NCBI GenBank assembly: GCA_043228905.1
Contig: JBHGNT010000018.1
Location: forward strand, 5,580,001 to 5,644,000
Length of the DNA: 64,000 nt
Direction of reading: 5' to 3'
From: Azolla caroliniana
Lineage: Eukaryota; Plantae; Polypodiophyta
The translations under genes were made by a program, and so were the position numbers. Shown here piece by piece: positions 50,982-64,000 of this stretch (positions are counted from its first letter, which is position 1; each line of letters begins with the position of its first letter). Under the pieces are notes generated by a model. The model made no database searches and was not told the origin of the DNA. It worked only from the letters and a program-made list of their open reading frames with translations.

Positions 50982-52305
50982 GTCCTCAGTGAAGACTTGT
51001 TCGATTGTCTCGTCCAAATTGAAATTTGGACAGTTGTTGACGAATGTCGTGCAGAATACCTCCCAACTAGCTGGCAAGCTCGATATGAGGGCAAGGGCTT
51101 TCACTTCTTCTTCAAAGTTGATCCCTTGGGAGGAGAGTTCAAATAACACCCGAATGAAGGTGTTGATATGGGAAGTTGTCGGGTCTATCTCCCTCATCTT
51201 CATCTTGAATAACTGTCAAATCAGTATCAACTTTGAAGAGGAGGACTTCTTTTCGTACACTGCCTGTAACTTTTCCCTCAAAGAGAACATTGTCGTCTCC
51301 TTGGCCATGCTGAAATAGATGTTTTCGGCCAAATGCATATGAATGGTCGACTTGGCTATTTTGTCCAGTGAACGTCATTCTCCTATTGTCATCGAGGTTG
51401 GCTTGTTGTTGTGCCTTATTGCCTTAATCTGACACCGAATTATAAGTACGTCCTGCATCATTTCCTTCCGTAGGGAAAAGTTTTTGCCATCTAACTTTTG
51501 GATCTCAACTTCTGTACCGGATGTTGAAGCCATATTCCTTTTTGGAAGTAAGATTTAACTAACTTGGTCTTTTCTTTCAGCTATGGAGTTTCATCTTGTT
51601 GACTTTTCTGTTATTCGTCACCACCGAACAGCATGTCACTCTGATACAAGTTGTGAATAGATATACGCGGAAGACCTGTGAGGACCTGTGAGTTAGCAAA
51701 CGACACAGATGTGCAACAACAAAGAGAGACATCGGATCAACACGCAAATGGAGCTTCAATGGAAGTTCTCTCTTATTCTCTTTTTTGTAACACTCTCTCT
51801 ACAAGACTCAAGAAGATTATCCTTACAATGTTAGGGTTGAGCTTATAATATACTCAAGCCCTAACTTCAAGACATGTTCACACTACGATACAAAGCGGAA
51901 GGAGTCGTCCTTTTATGCCAACACATTCAATATCAACATGAATCGCAATTGTCCCATGCTATGGATTGTTTAGCGCTTGGAAGGAAATGGCGAAGCCATT
52001 GGGATCCTATCTTACCCGGCTCTGAGTGTGGTCTTAGTAGGATATCAAAGCAATAACACCTCTACATAGATAACTTCTTACATAGCAAACTCAGATGTGT
52101 CTATCTCTACAAGGTAGCTACCCTAGCTAGATTCTTGAGATCATCATGAATGTGAAGAGTTGAAGAAGCAATTCATGTGCAACCATGTAACTTTGTATTT
52201 TGTACTACTAGACACCTCTTTTATATGTTATTTTGGGGGGCTTTATGTGTGTTGTTTGAATCCTTATTGCATTAGAAATTATAGCATTCGAATAAACTAG
52301 TTCTT

Positions 52306-55115
52306 GATTTAGTATTGTTGTGTTTTCCCTCCTCATGGGAGAAGATGTCCAAATGATATTTGGGCATGACTAGTTACTATTTTGGTAGGCCCAAAGATGA
52401 TGCCCCACTTAAAGGACTTTTCATTTAGAAGTACCCTCATATTTAAGAGGTAGAAGTGTGGCTTTCTAGGGTGTGAGAGTGAGGGCAAAAAGTGAGAAGA
52501 AAAAGGGAGAAGAAAAGAAGCGGCAGATAAATCCTGTAGGAGTTGTGGCGCCTGAATTTGATCTGCCCTAATCGACGGCCATACGAACTTTGATTGGGGC
52601 TGAATTTTTGAGGGGTTGTTCTTGCCATCAAGAAGCTCACATCCAACGATTAGAGCTTGGTTTCCTATCCTCTAAATCAAGTTCCCCTATTCTGTGTTTC
52701 CTGTTTTTTTGTTGTTCCACCCATCTTGCTAGATAAAGATTATTGTCTAGGTTATTGCCTTGATGTTTGGGTATTCCTCTAGTGATATCTACAGAGGTCA
52801 TACCCACTTGTACACTGAGTTTTGGTACCTTAAGGGTTCCGTAGTTTTTCCCTAATTTGGGGTTTTCCACATAGAAGTCTTGTGTGTTCTGTTGCATTTA
52901 TCATTTTATTATTATTATTATTATTTCTTATCATATTGGCTATTACTTCCTATAGATTGCCCATCAATCGTGTCACTATTTGTGGACAGATTCAAATTCC
53001 ACTCATTACAAACTAGTATCAGAGTAGTAGGTTCCAATGGATGGAAATAATAGTAGCTTTCTGGTAATGATTGTGTTGAACTCCAATAATTATTCATATT
53101 GGAAAATTAAGATGGAGGATCTCTTGATTATGAGAGATTTGTATATGTTGATCGATACAAAGGGAATACTGACAGGGTTTGTAGAATCTAATTGGAAGAT
53201 TATTCATAGAAAGGTTGTAGCAACGATGATACAATTTGTTGATGTGAGTATACTTCAACATGTGGCCAATGACACAAATGCTTATGAGTTGTGGCATAAG
53301 TTTGCAGGCATTTATGAGTGGAAGAATGCCCTTAACAAGGCGTCATTGATGAGAAAACTTGTGAGGTTGAAGTACTCAGATGATGAGAGCATTGTGGTGC
53401 ACACCAGTACGTTTATGGTCTTGGTGAATCAATTAGTCTCAGCCAAGATGTCATTAGATGATGAGTCACAGGCCCTAGTGTTACTTTTCTCTCTACCAGA
53501 CAGTTCGGAAACTCTAGAGGTTGTAAAAGAAGACAAGTTGTCTCTAGAGGTTGTAAAAGCAAGCCTTCTAAATGAAGAGACAAAAAGAAAAGAAATGGGT
53601 TCCTCATCTCAATCAGAAGCAAATGTGGCACAAGATTCTAATAGAGGAAGGAGCAAGTTGAGGGGTTCTCATAACTAAGACAAGTCCAAAGGGGGATAAA
53701 AGTCTAGAGGAAAACTCACATGCTTCTGTTGTAGGAAACGGGGCCACTTCCAAAAGAATTGTCAAACTTTCAAGAGGGACAAGGGAAATGGTGATAGTAC
53801 AAAGTAGAGAAAAACATCGGAAGAGAAAAATACCCTGGCTATTGCAACTAGTGAAGAGGAGTTGTCGTTCATTAGTGACAAGCTTGTGTGAACCTTGCTA
53901 GTGATGAGTGCACTTGGGTTATTGATTCCGGTGCATCTTTCCACTTGACTCCTAAGAGAGAATACCAGTGAACTTATACATCCATTGATTATGGTTATGT
54001 TAGGATGGGGAATGATGGCTCATGGAAGATTGTTGGCATGGGCAATGCCTGTTTGATGACATCCACTAGTTGTTGAATGATATTGAGAGATGGACCCCAT
54101 GTTCCTAATGCTAGATTGAATTTGATACCTTCATGACGACTTGATGATGAAGGTTATGGTAGTGTTTTTCATAATGGTGTATGGTAGTTCTGCAAAGGAA
54201 CTTTGATAGTTGCCCGAGATACATTGTACGTGATGCAAACAAATTTATGCAGAGAAGAAGCCAATGTGACGGCTGACTCAGCTATTGAGTTGTGGTACAA
54301 GAGGCTTGGTTTACACAAGTGATGGGGGTCTATAGATGCTAGCCAAGAAAGACATCCTCCCGGAAGTGAAAGGTATAAGTCCAAAACATTGTGTTGATTG
54401 CTTAGCAGGAAAGCAAAACACAATATCCTTTTATTCCAGACCTCCAATGAGGAGAAGACATGCATTAGAGTTGGTTCATATCGATGTATGTTACATGGAT
54501 GCCAAATCACATCGTGGTGCACAATGTTTTGTGATTTTCATTGATGATTACACTAGAAAGTTGTGGGCTTTTGTGTTGAAAAGCAAAGAATTGAGAGAGT
54601 TTTCAAGGAATTTCAAGGAATTTCCAGCAAAGAAGTGTTGTCAATTTTCAAGGAATTTCAGGCCAGAGTTGAGAGAGAGTCAAGACAAAATTGAAGGTTG
54701 TCCGGATAGATAATGACAGATAATACAGGGGTTAGTTTGACAAGTATTGCAACAATCATGGGATTAAGCTTGAGTATACATTGTCCAAGACATCACAGTT
54801 GACTAGACTTGCAGAGAGGATGGATAAGACCATAACAGAGAGAGTAAGAAGCATGTTGTCGCATGTTAAGCTATAGAAGTCATATTGGGCGGAGGCAATG
54901 ATGAATGTTGTGTATGTCATCAATAGATCTCCTTCAATACCTCTAGACGGGGAGGTTCCACATACGGTTGGGATTGGAAGAGATGTCTCCTACAAGCATT
55001 TGAGGGTGTTTGGATGCCTAACATACATGCATATTGCTAGAGATCAGAGATCGAAGCTTGACAGGAAGACTACTACGCCATGCATCTTCCTTGGGTACTC
55101 AAAGGATGATAATAT
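52306..55115 (+). mobile_element. Tork-like Copia, 3' truncated (5' LTR to ~53009, gag-PR-IN)
   Basis: PBS-like TAGTATCAGAGT at ~53014; gag LNSNNYSYWKIKMEDLL; IDSGASFH; HIDVC; homologous to 6327-8000. LTR start approximate. Confidence 0.88.
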
Positions 55116-55191
55116 ATATAGATAATGTAAGTGGACAAATCTTTTGTACTAAAGACCATCCCTTGTCCTATGTATTTGCAAGTTCTGGGTG

Positions 55192-55492
55192 CATCCATTT
55201 CCAAAGTTCAAAATGTTGGTTTGTTTTATAAGGTGAACATCTTATGCCTTAAGGCACAACCACTGAGTGTTTAGCACAATAAGAGATATGCTACGTGCAC
55301 CTTGCACAAATACATGTTAAAAGTATATGTCAGTTCCAATAAGGCTTTGACATCCATTTCCAAAGTTCAAAATGTTGGTTTGTTTTATAAGGTGAACATA
55401 TTATGCCTTAAGTCACAACCAGTTAATGTTTAGCACAATAAGAGATATGCTACGTACACTTTGCACAAATACATGTTAAAAGTGTATGTCAC
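55192..55492. repeat. ~159-bp tandem duplication
   Basis: CATCCATTTCCAAAGTTCAAAATG... at 55192 and 55351. Confidence 0.9.
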
Positions 55493-56037
55493 TTATGAGC
55501 ACTCAATATTGAAAACTTGATGGGCAATGTGTATACTTTATTGCAAAAGCTTGATTATCGTCTTATTGGTATGTTATGTTGAATGCCAGAGGTCTAACTC
55601 CATGTAGACATCTGCATGCTAACACGAGACATTTTTTTTGTAGTGGATTCAAGCCCCAAGTTCATGGATACTATTAACTACCCATAACTAAGTAGGCTAG
55701 GGCCCTTTGGTTCTTGTCTTTTTAGGTGGATGCAGCATGTGAAGAAATGGTTTTGAATCATCACATTTGCTCATGACGTGTCAATAGATTCCTCCATGAA
55801 GGAGGTTTTTTTCGCAAATATCAAGACTTGGGAAAGGTGTGTGGGGCAGCACTCAACTCCTTGCATACTTTAAAAAAATGTTCACTTTTTGTCCAAAGGT
55901 CATATTTGACTTCCAAGGATTATAATGAAATATATCTCTCTCGTCCACCTATCCTATGTATATATATAGAGAGAGAGAGGTTGCCCAATGGAGACCAGGT
56001 GGTCATGGGTTCAACCCCTACATTCCACAATGGCATC

Positions 56038-56621
56038 CATAGTTCCTAATATTCGCGTACGTCCAATTTACTGGACGTACGCGAACGTTTGCAAACGTAC
56101 GCGTATGATACGCGATATTCGTTTGGCTTCTTTCTTTCTTTTTGACTTTTTTTTAGTTTTTTTAATTTTTGATATTCATAATATTTTGTGAATAGAAGTG
56201 ACATCTGACACACATACACACACTCTCTCTCTCTCTCTCTCACGAGAACTGACATATTTTCTCTCTCTACAAAATCTAGATATCTAATATACATATTACA
56301 TACTCCCTCACACAGACAAAACCCATAGCTCCTCTCTCTCTCTCTCTCTCTAGAGTCTAGATATACACTCAATCACTGTCTCCTCACACATGCAAAACAG
56401 GGCTTCTCTCTCTAGATCACACACGCTCTCTCTCTCTCTCTCTCTCTCTCTCCCCCTCACACACACACACACTATGTACACCATATACACCATATCTATA
56501 TATAATATATCTATGTACCGCGTATGGATTTCAATCATACTTGGAGCCTTTTCACGTATGAGTATGATACGAATATTGGCGTTTGAGTATGACACGAATG
56601 GGACGTATGGCTAGAACTATG
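56038..56621. mobile_element. hAT MITE (584 bp)
   Basis: TIR CATAGTTC/GAACTATG; perfect 8-bp TSD ATGGCATC (56030-56037, 56622-56629); CGTA-rich subterminal repeats. Confidence 0.92.
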
Positions 56622-59600
56622 ATGGCATCTAGTGAATTAAGAAATATGTATGAAGTATAGGGGTGAGAAAATTGGGTATCGAACGCAAGATGTAGTGGTG
56701 TTAACAACTTACCACTAGGGTAAGCTAATTACAAGAGAGAGAGAGATAGCCATAGCCATATATTAATAATTTTAATTAAACAAATGTAGATATTTTTAAT
56801 AGAATGTCGTTTTGGAGATTACCCAAAGCTAATGTAGAGGACATTTTTAATATTTTCCAAATATGACACCCACAAAGTATTTTAGCCAATTAATTTTTTT
56901 TAGTTTTTTAATCATTTGGTTTTCTTCAACCACATCATGTCTCCCCCACATCCACGCCGAAGACTACCCACACTCCTGATTGCAACATCAAAACCATTGT
57001 TGAAGACTTGAACTAACAATTATGAAATGGATTCTTGTTCATGGGTATCATGTCATTTTCAAGCAATGTTTCAATAAAGAGATTCGACCACTATACCACA
57101 AAGGGGCAATAACTAGCCATGATTTCAATGTCCAATTTGTATTCTAAATAGATGCATGATTTGGGTCCAAGGTGTTCATCATCTACCCTGTTACATCAAC
57201 CCTACATATATGGCACAATATGTGCATTGCACTTTTTCAATGTTGTGACATGTAGGGGTGAATAACTTGCAAATAGTTTTATCCCATGATGTCATGGAAT
57301 CTGTGTGTGTATGAAATGTTGATCAAGCCCAATTGGTCTTGAACCATGGAAGATTGATTTGGTAGCATTCCTGAGGAGAGTTTGTAGAAGTCAAGCGAGT
57401 ATATTGGCATGTGGTTGTGCTCCTAGAGTTTTGCCCTTTTTAAGTCCGTTCAAGTGCACTAAAATATGCATTCTAGGTGTATGAAATGTGCTACATGTGT
57501 GCACCCTTGTGTGTAATGTGGATACTTGTAGTATCTTTCCATACATCTCTGCGTAAATATGTGTTTATGAGTAAGGGGCGTGTCTATGTTTAGCCTAATG
57601 ATTGTGTGTGTATCTCTGTGTATGCACACACTCTTATGTACACACAGGTTTATATTCAGCACATTTTGTGTTGAAGTATATGTATAAATAGGTATAGGTT
57701 TGCACAAGTAAATATGTATTAAGCATATAGGTTTTGAGAGAGTGGCTTAATGGTGGAGCACTAAACACTTAGAAGCGTGGCCAAATCCCATCTACTGTCA
57801 AATAATGAAGTAATAATCCTCAATGGAGGAAAAATGAATTTGTTTGTAGTTTCCATAGTACGTACATACTTGAATGCATTTGCAAACATTCTTTTTCATT
57901 TGTTTGCAAACGAACATGTATGTTATGAAAACATACTCATGTATTTTTTTACATTTTTTACCTTAACATTCTTACCTTAAAGAATGTTTTACGTTATAAT
58001 AAATAATGAATACAATATTATGGTATTTACCATATTTCGAGGTGTTTACAAATTACCATACTTGAATGATTGAAACATACATACTCGAATGCAAATGCAT
58101 GTCTGGTACGTATGGTTCATACTATGGAACTTTCCGCTACTGAGTGTATTAATGTTGTCCCACCGTTTCTTAAAATCACATTACACACATCTTTTTGTTA
58201 CAATGGTTATATCTTTCTGGTTGAGCTACACTTTGTTGTTGACTTAATTTTCTCCCCCTTCTAGTGATCATTTTGACCAAAATTCCACCCTCTTGTGAAA
58301 CTTGACTTTTTGGTGCTTCTCTCCCTTCACGCCATGCTACACCATGACAATGGGCAACATATTTACACATTATTGGAAGTATGTCAATCGAAAGGATTTT
58401 GTGGCCCAAAAAATTAATATGGAAAGGAGCTCAAGGGTTTGTCAAAGAAAATCCTTGTTGCTTATTGCCCTCGGAAATTGAGATTATATGCTCAATGTTA
58501 AACCAATTGGTAATAAGAAAAAATGCAATGGAGATTCAAGAGTTTCTTGCATGATCTAGCAGTAGTAGGAGGTTAACCGCAAGATTAGTTCTTCTTCTTA
58601 TGGTTTGGTTGTATGACATGTTCATAACTCTAGGTTTTAAACTCAAAGCCCAAAGGGTACATATGTCGTTTGTGTAGTCTAAGGAGGTTTCTAGATTATA
58701 TGGATAAAATTTTCTCGAGCCATTAAACTTCTTTATAGCAAAATGCATTTTATGTTTTAATGTCATCTCAACTAGTCACATCATTGCAACGACCTTGTGG
58801 GGAACACATCTACTCACTCAATCACATCTTTTAAAAATGCTACTTAAATCTAGGGAATTGTTGTTTGTTGAGAAATCTATTGCTTGAATGAATTATTGTA
58901 TCTTGATCGATGTATTCTATCGTTCTAATTGTATTATGGTACCTTCTCAAGATATTTTGTTGTTATCGTGGTGAGGAAAAAAAGGTAGTAGTCACACATA
59001 TCAAGGACTTGGAAGAACCATTGAGTTGTCTAATGGCCCAACGAGAAGAACACAAAGTGAGGTGATAACTTGCAATAAAAGGAAGTTCATGAATTTGTCA
59101 TTTATGATGCAATGGGTATGGAAATAGTTGTCTTAATGTTCTCATAAGGTTTGACGTATTTGATAACCTAGTTGCTTACCCCATGTGAGCATCACGTTGT
59201 CTATCACACGTGAACACCTATATCTTAACTTGTAATCAATGTGAAGAAGTTTGGCTATGGTATTGATAGGTTGTATCTTAAATATTATAAAGATGAAGTC
59301 AACTTACAATAGGAACCAATTTCATAGTTGAAAATGCTGGCAATATTATAAAAAATACTAAACTATATTTGTGTGGAATAAGCCTTTCAAATTTATGAAA
59401 TCTTCTTACAATGACAAGTCACATCAATGAAATATTGAACATTGGCAAGTATTGGCATTTCATAATCATCACAAACATTACCATTAAATTCTGATTTTAT
59501 AAATTTATTATAAGATCTTCATGTAAACACATATTTAAATGAGTAAATTCTTATCCATATGCATAAATTTTCGTCAAGAATCTCAACAATTTGGGTGTGC

Positions 59601-60559
59601 ATACAATTGTTACAACCTCTCAATTCCAAGCTCATCGCAAGTTTCGATTTGTGTTAGTCCTTAAACATGTTTGTTGACCTACCTCATCTTTATCAAGATA
59701 TAATCCATGAGCACAAAAATATTTGCATCATGAATCTTGTTTGGTGTTGGTTGTTAAAACCTTTATGTGTGAAGTATTAGAAAGTTCACATGTTGCATTA
59801 GCCAATTTTAAAGATAGATGAGCAAACTAAATGATTGCATTCAATTTCCTTTATGTTCCCATGTTTTAGAAAAGTTTAACCCATGCCTCATAATATATGT
59901 AATTTCCGATTCATTAGAGAGATGCCCCATATAATGAAGATGATTTTTTGTATAAATATTAACGCATTTTGTGCATGTTTGGACGATGAGATTTGACCAC
60001 ATTGATGTAATGAATCATGTGTTTCTCAATATGATAGGGTATTTGCTCGAGCCCATGCTCTCACTATGAGTTTTCATTGTCCATGTCGTACTACACGTTG
60101 CATAAAATCAACACTTGTATCGCAATTGAGCACTACATTTTGATGTGATCTATCTATATAGGAGTTAATAACATCTTAGACTAATTAAGGACATCGTAAT
60201 ATATTTACACTGTACACACATTGATGGAGCTATTTGTTCCATTTCATGTCACTACTAAAGCGTATGTGGAAAGGAATGAAGTCTTAAATTTGAAAAAAAT
60301 CCTTGTCGATTGGTAGCCCTTAGTATTCAAGGAACAATTTCATGATGATGGACACTGTGGAAATATTGTATAGTAGGAATGCAAAGAAATTATCAACACA
60401 ACATTTTCTTGCAAAGATCAATGAAGATGTATAGGGAAGCAACATTCACCTTGATGCTGAAAATATTGTAGCGTGCATTTTATTGACACGATGGTTGTGC
60501 TTCATCAGCAAGGGTAAAAGAAGTTGGGATACTGTCATTCACATATTTGTGGACGTGTA

Positions 60560-61063
60560 ATACAAACTTGCAACGGTTCAGTTTGAATTGAACCGAACTG
60601 TGAAACCCCAGTTTAGCGGTTTGGTTTGGTTTGATTCAAGTTCAGGTTTTTTTTAACGGTTTGGTTTGGTTTCAACTAGTAGAAACCGTGGTTTAAAAGG
60701 TTTAATGGTTAAAAATTTTTAAATTAAAAAAAATAAAAATTTGTAAATTATTTTTTAAAACAATATTTTCATTTTCAAGCCTTATTCTCATATTTTGGGA
60801 AAATCTTTAAAATTTTGAAAAATAAAAAAATAAAAAAATGAAACACTTTAAATTTTTAAAAATTTAAAATTTGAATTTTGTCCTAAGTTCAAAACTGAAA
60901 CCAAACCACGAAACCGCGGTGCGGTTTTTACGGTTTGAAAATGTTTAAACGGTTCGGTTAAAACGGCTTCGTGGTTCGGTTCAAGTTTACAAAAAATTTA
61001 AACTGTTCAGTTTCAAACCGGTTCGGTTTTGACACTCTCAAACCGAACTGTTGCTGATTGTTA
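60560..61063. mobile_element. MITE related to the ends of the 22792-34229 hAT
   Basis: Inverted repeats GCAACGGTTCAGTTTGA / TCAAACCGAACTGTTGC, AAACCG arrays, AT-rich core, terminal ATTGTTA. TSD not resolved. Confidence 0.75.
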
Positions 61064-61918
61064 TTCACCGCCATGATGTGCACGTGCATCTGAATCGTTG
61101 GATGATATCGTCAATGGCCAAATGGCAATGGCAAAAATCAAACCATAAGTAATCAATATCAATTGATTGATTCGATCCATAATCAATCAATATCCATCCA
61201 TCGATCGATCCTATAAGTAATCAATACGAATTGATAGATCGATCCGTAAGAAATGAATCAATTGATTTATCAATCAATCGGAGTCTGGAGAGGTGGATTT
61301 ACGGGTGTTGTTGGATTGAGATTCGAACCAGAGAGAGTAATATCCTCCCCGCAACACACTTTCGTGACTCTTTCTTCAAACCCACCAAAATCCAAGCCAA
61401 GCAGATCTTTTCGCGTTTCCTGTCGTTTTCAAATTTTGGGTCGGGCTTTGCAGAGATTCTTCCCTTCGTCTTCCCCCCCATTTCTCAGTTTTAGGGTTTG
61501 CTGAGGATTCTTGGTTCACCCACAGCAGAAGTCAAAGTTAGTTGTTTTCTGGTTTTCCATTTTTGAAAACAGAGGACTGGTTAGTGAGGTTAGGGTTTTC
61601 TGTTGTTTTTGTTGTTGTTCTGTTTCTGTTCTTCTCGTATTAAATGGAGCTTCATCAGAAAGAACAGAAACCCTAGCCTGTATGAATCCACCCTGACACA
61701 AAGAAAGAGAAGTATTTGCAGAGGATCTTGGTACACCCTGTGTAAAAAGTCAAAATTAGTTTCGAATTTTATTCTTTATAGAGGAGCTTCTGACAAACTG
61801 GTTATAGATCAGGGTTTTCTGTTTTGTTTGTTTGTTCTGTTTCTGTTCACCACACCCTAAATAGAACTTCCATCAGTAAAAAAGAAAGAAAGAAAGAAAG
61901 AAACCCTAACCTGAATCA

Positions 61919-63670
61919 ATGCCTACTGAGAGAGAGATAGATTTACCGCCGCACTTTCACCGCCTGTCGGAAATTAACACCTTTGCTGCAGAGCCTGTGA
62001 ATATAAGCTTCGAAGAAGAAGAAGAAGAATCAAGAGACAAATTGTTCCGCACACCAGAGAAAACAAGATGGTCTTCGACTTCTCCCATGAGACTCTCGTC
62101 TGCATATGACTTTGAAACCTCTTCAACAACATCAGTATCACCGCGGTCTTGGCAGAAAACTCTGCTGTCTCCGGTAAGAGCTTTAAAAGACTTGCAGCAA
62201 TCCAAAGATGATTTTTCAATGCTAGTTCCATCAGTAGCATCTACCAAGACATCTTCCGAAGGCATACACCTTCCCCTTTTAGGAGAAATCAATTTTGAAA
62301 AGCTCAAAAAAGCTTCGAAGCAGTGGTTAAAAAACCCGAAAAATGTCGCAGTGAGTTTATGGGGGTTAGTTGTGGGAATATCAGGAGCTATTCTGTTCCT
62401 TGTAATGGTGGGGCTTCTTGATGGCCAGCTTCACACAAAGGCTCAAAGAGATGCATGGTTTGAAGTGAATAACCAAATCTTGAATGCGTTGTTCACTATG
62501 ATGTGCCTTTACTTGCATCCTCAAAGATGCCTCCATTTGTTCATGCTTGTCCGATGGCGTCCGCACGATATTACCAAACTTCGAGAAATCTATTGCAAGA
62601 ATGGAACTTACAAACCCCATGAATGGACCCACATGCTAATTGTGGTAAGCCTTTTGCAAGTGAATTGCTTTGCTCAGTATGCCTTATGTGGGATAAATTT
62701 GGGCTATAGAAGATCCGAAAGGCCGGCCATAGGAGTGGGTCTTTGCCTTGCTATAGCAATTGGGGCACCAGCTGCTGCCGGGATATATGCCAGTCTCAGT
62801 CCATTGGCGAAGGAATTTCAAGTAAATGAAGAGAATGATGTTCACATGATTGAAGCTATTCGGATCTATAAGCCCACGATGGGTCGTTCAGACTCTTTGA
62901 GGATAGGCCGGGCTCCTTGTGGGGATGTTTCCTTTGTGAGCAAAGATGGAGCTCTTGTTGAAAATCCGAGTTGGAATGGAAAGCTGTTTGATTGCTGCAT
63001 GGATCCCCATATCGCGACATTGGCCATAGCTTGCCCTTTTTGTGTGTTTGGATGGAACATGGAAAGACTTGGGTTTGGAAACCGATATGTGCACATAGTG
63101 ACTTTCATATTGCTCTGCTCCGCGCCTTTCTGGATCTTAACCTTGGCTGCAATAAACATTGATGACAACCATGTGAGGAAAGGTCTTGGAATCTCAGGAA
63201 TCATTTTATCTATCCTGGGTCTTTTGTATGGTGGGTTTTGGAGGATTCAAATGAGAAAGACTTACAAATTGCCTGCTGGGACGTGGTGTTTCGGAAAGCC
63301 CGTTTTAACTGATTTTACACAATGGCTGTTCTTTGCTCCATGTTCTCTGTGTCAAGAGATCCGGACCTCAGAGTATTACAAGGTGCAAGAGAGTAATTTC
63401 TATGAGAGAAGAGAGGTTTCACCTTTTCCTTCGAGTCGACACTCTCTCGGAGGACCATATCATCTCGACGCTGAGGCATCCTCTCCTATAACTTTCCGAT
63501 CTTCTCCAATTGCATCTTTTTCTGGTTCTTCGCAGATGAGGTCTTTTGATCCTGAGATTGGTTTTGAGAATCGTGAAAGAGTTTTCTCAGAAATTAGCAA
63601 CACAGTTACGATGCACCCACCTCCTCTACAAGTATTTCCACATGATAAAAGTGGTAATTTTGAACCTTAA
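61919..63670 (+). CDS. PLAC8-family protein (DUF2985 transmembrane region + C-terminal PLAC8 Cys-rich domain), 583 aa, intronless CDS
   Basis: Uninterrupted ORF; W.KNPKN..VGISGAILFLVMVGLL..WFEVNNQILNALFTMMCLY.HP, YCKNGTYKPHEW, WNGKLFDC..CPFCVFGWNMERLGFGN, CSLCQE. Confidence 0.92.
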   Translation: MPTEREIDLPPHFHRLSEINTFAAEPVNISFEEEEEESRDKLFRTPEKTRWSSTSPMRLSSAYDFETSSTTSVSPRSWQKTLLSPVRALKDLQQSKDDFSMLVPSVASTKTSSEGIHLPLLGEINFEKLKKASKQWLKNPKNVAVSLWGLVVGISGAILFLVMVGLLDGQLHTKAQRDAWFEVNNQILNALFTMMCLYLHPQRCLHLFMLVRWRPHDITKLREIYCKNGTYKPHEWTHMLIVVSLLQVNCFAQYALCGINLGYRRSERPAIGVGLCLAIAIGAPAAAGIYASLSPLAKEFQVNEENDVHMIEAIRIYKPTMGRSDSLRIGRAPCGDVSFVSKDGALVENPSWNGKLFDCCMDPHIATLAIACPFCVFGWNMERLGFGNRYVHIVTFILLCSAPFWILTLAAINIDDNHVRKGLGISGIILSILGLLYGGFWRIQMRKTYKLPAGTWCFGKPVLTDFTQWLFFAPCSLCQEIRTSEYYKVQESNFYERREVSPFPSSRHSLGGPYHLDAEASSPITFRSSPIASFSGSSQMRSFDPEIGFENRERVFSEISNTVTMHPPPLQVFPHDKSGNFEP

Positions 63671-64000
63671 CTCCATAGTGACATAGAAGGTTTGGCCCAT
63701 TTGAACTGAAACATATTGATGCTCATCTAATATTCACAAAGCCCCATTCTTGCTGTTCACTGCATGTAAGAGGAAGTTCTGTATGTATTTCTTTATCTTA
63801 TTTCTTGTCGTTAAATTCGATGAACACGAGTCAATACACGTTGATGATTGGAGTTCTTTGGTTTTGGAATCAGGCTGTGCTTGTCTGAATATACTGAGGT
63901 TATCTGAAGTTTTGGTAGCCATAATGATATGTTACTCTTTCCATAACTGCAGCATACATTATTCCTTCAATTGTAAAGTAAAATGTCTTAAAAAACTTCA

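Noticed and set aside
55640-56730. Several B-box-like words suggesting tRNA-SINEs
   Set aside because: No cloverleaf, tail or TSD could be established.
57800-60500. Possible highly decayed DNA-transposon coding sequence
   Set aside because: No convincing motif in any frame by eye.

Overview
Eukaryotic plant genomic DNA, probably a seed-free land plant such as a fern or lycophyte (inferred from TE families only). About 55 kb is a deeply nested, decayed transposon cluster, followed by one apparently intact host gene (DUF2985/PLAC8-type protein, 61919-63670). The cluster contains at least eight Ty1/Copia pieces from 3-4 families, two copies of an unusual fungal-like (Ylt1-type) Ty3/Gypsy element, and two solo LTRs with TSDs. 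It also holds a TRIM-like element, an L1 LINE, an 11.4-kb hAT element carrying a captured RRP9/U3-55K fragment, hAT MITEs and a 5S-derived (Cassandra-like) segment. Two items stand out. (1) A ~6-kb two-gene module at 13285-19325: a Sola1/DUF7869-like DDE transposase is transcribed divergently from a spliced gene encoding a ParB/Sulfiredoxin-like domain, and that gene's intron holds a compound palindrome. (2) A Penelope-type minimal hammerhead ribozyme motif at 33284-33342. All calls come from reading the sequence by eye; no database searches were run.
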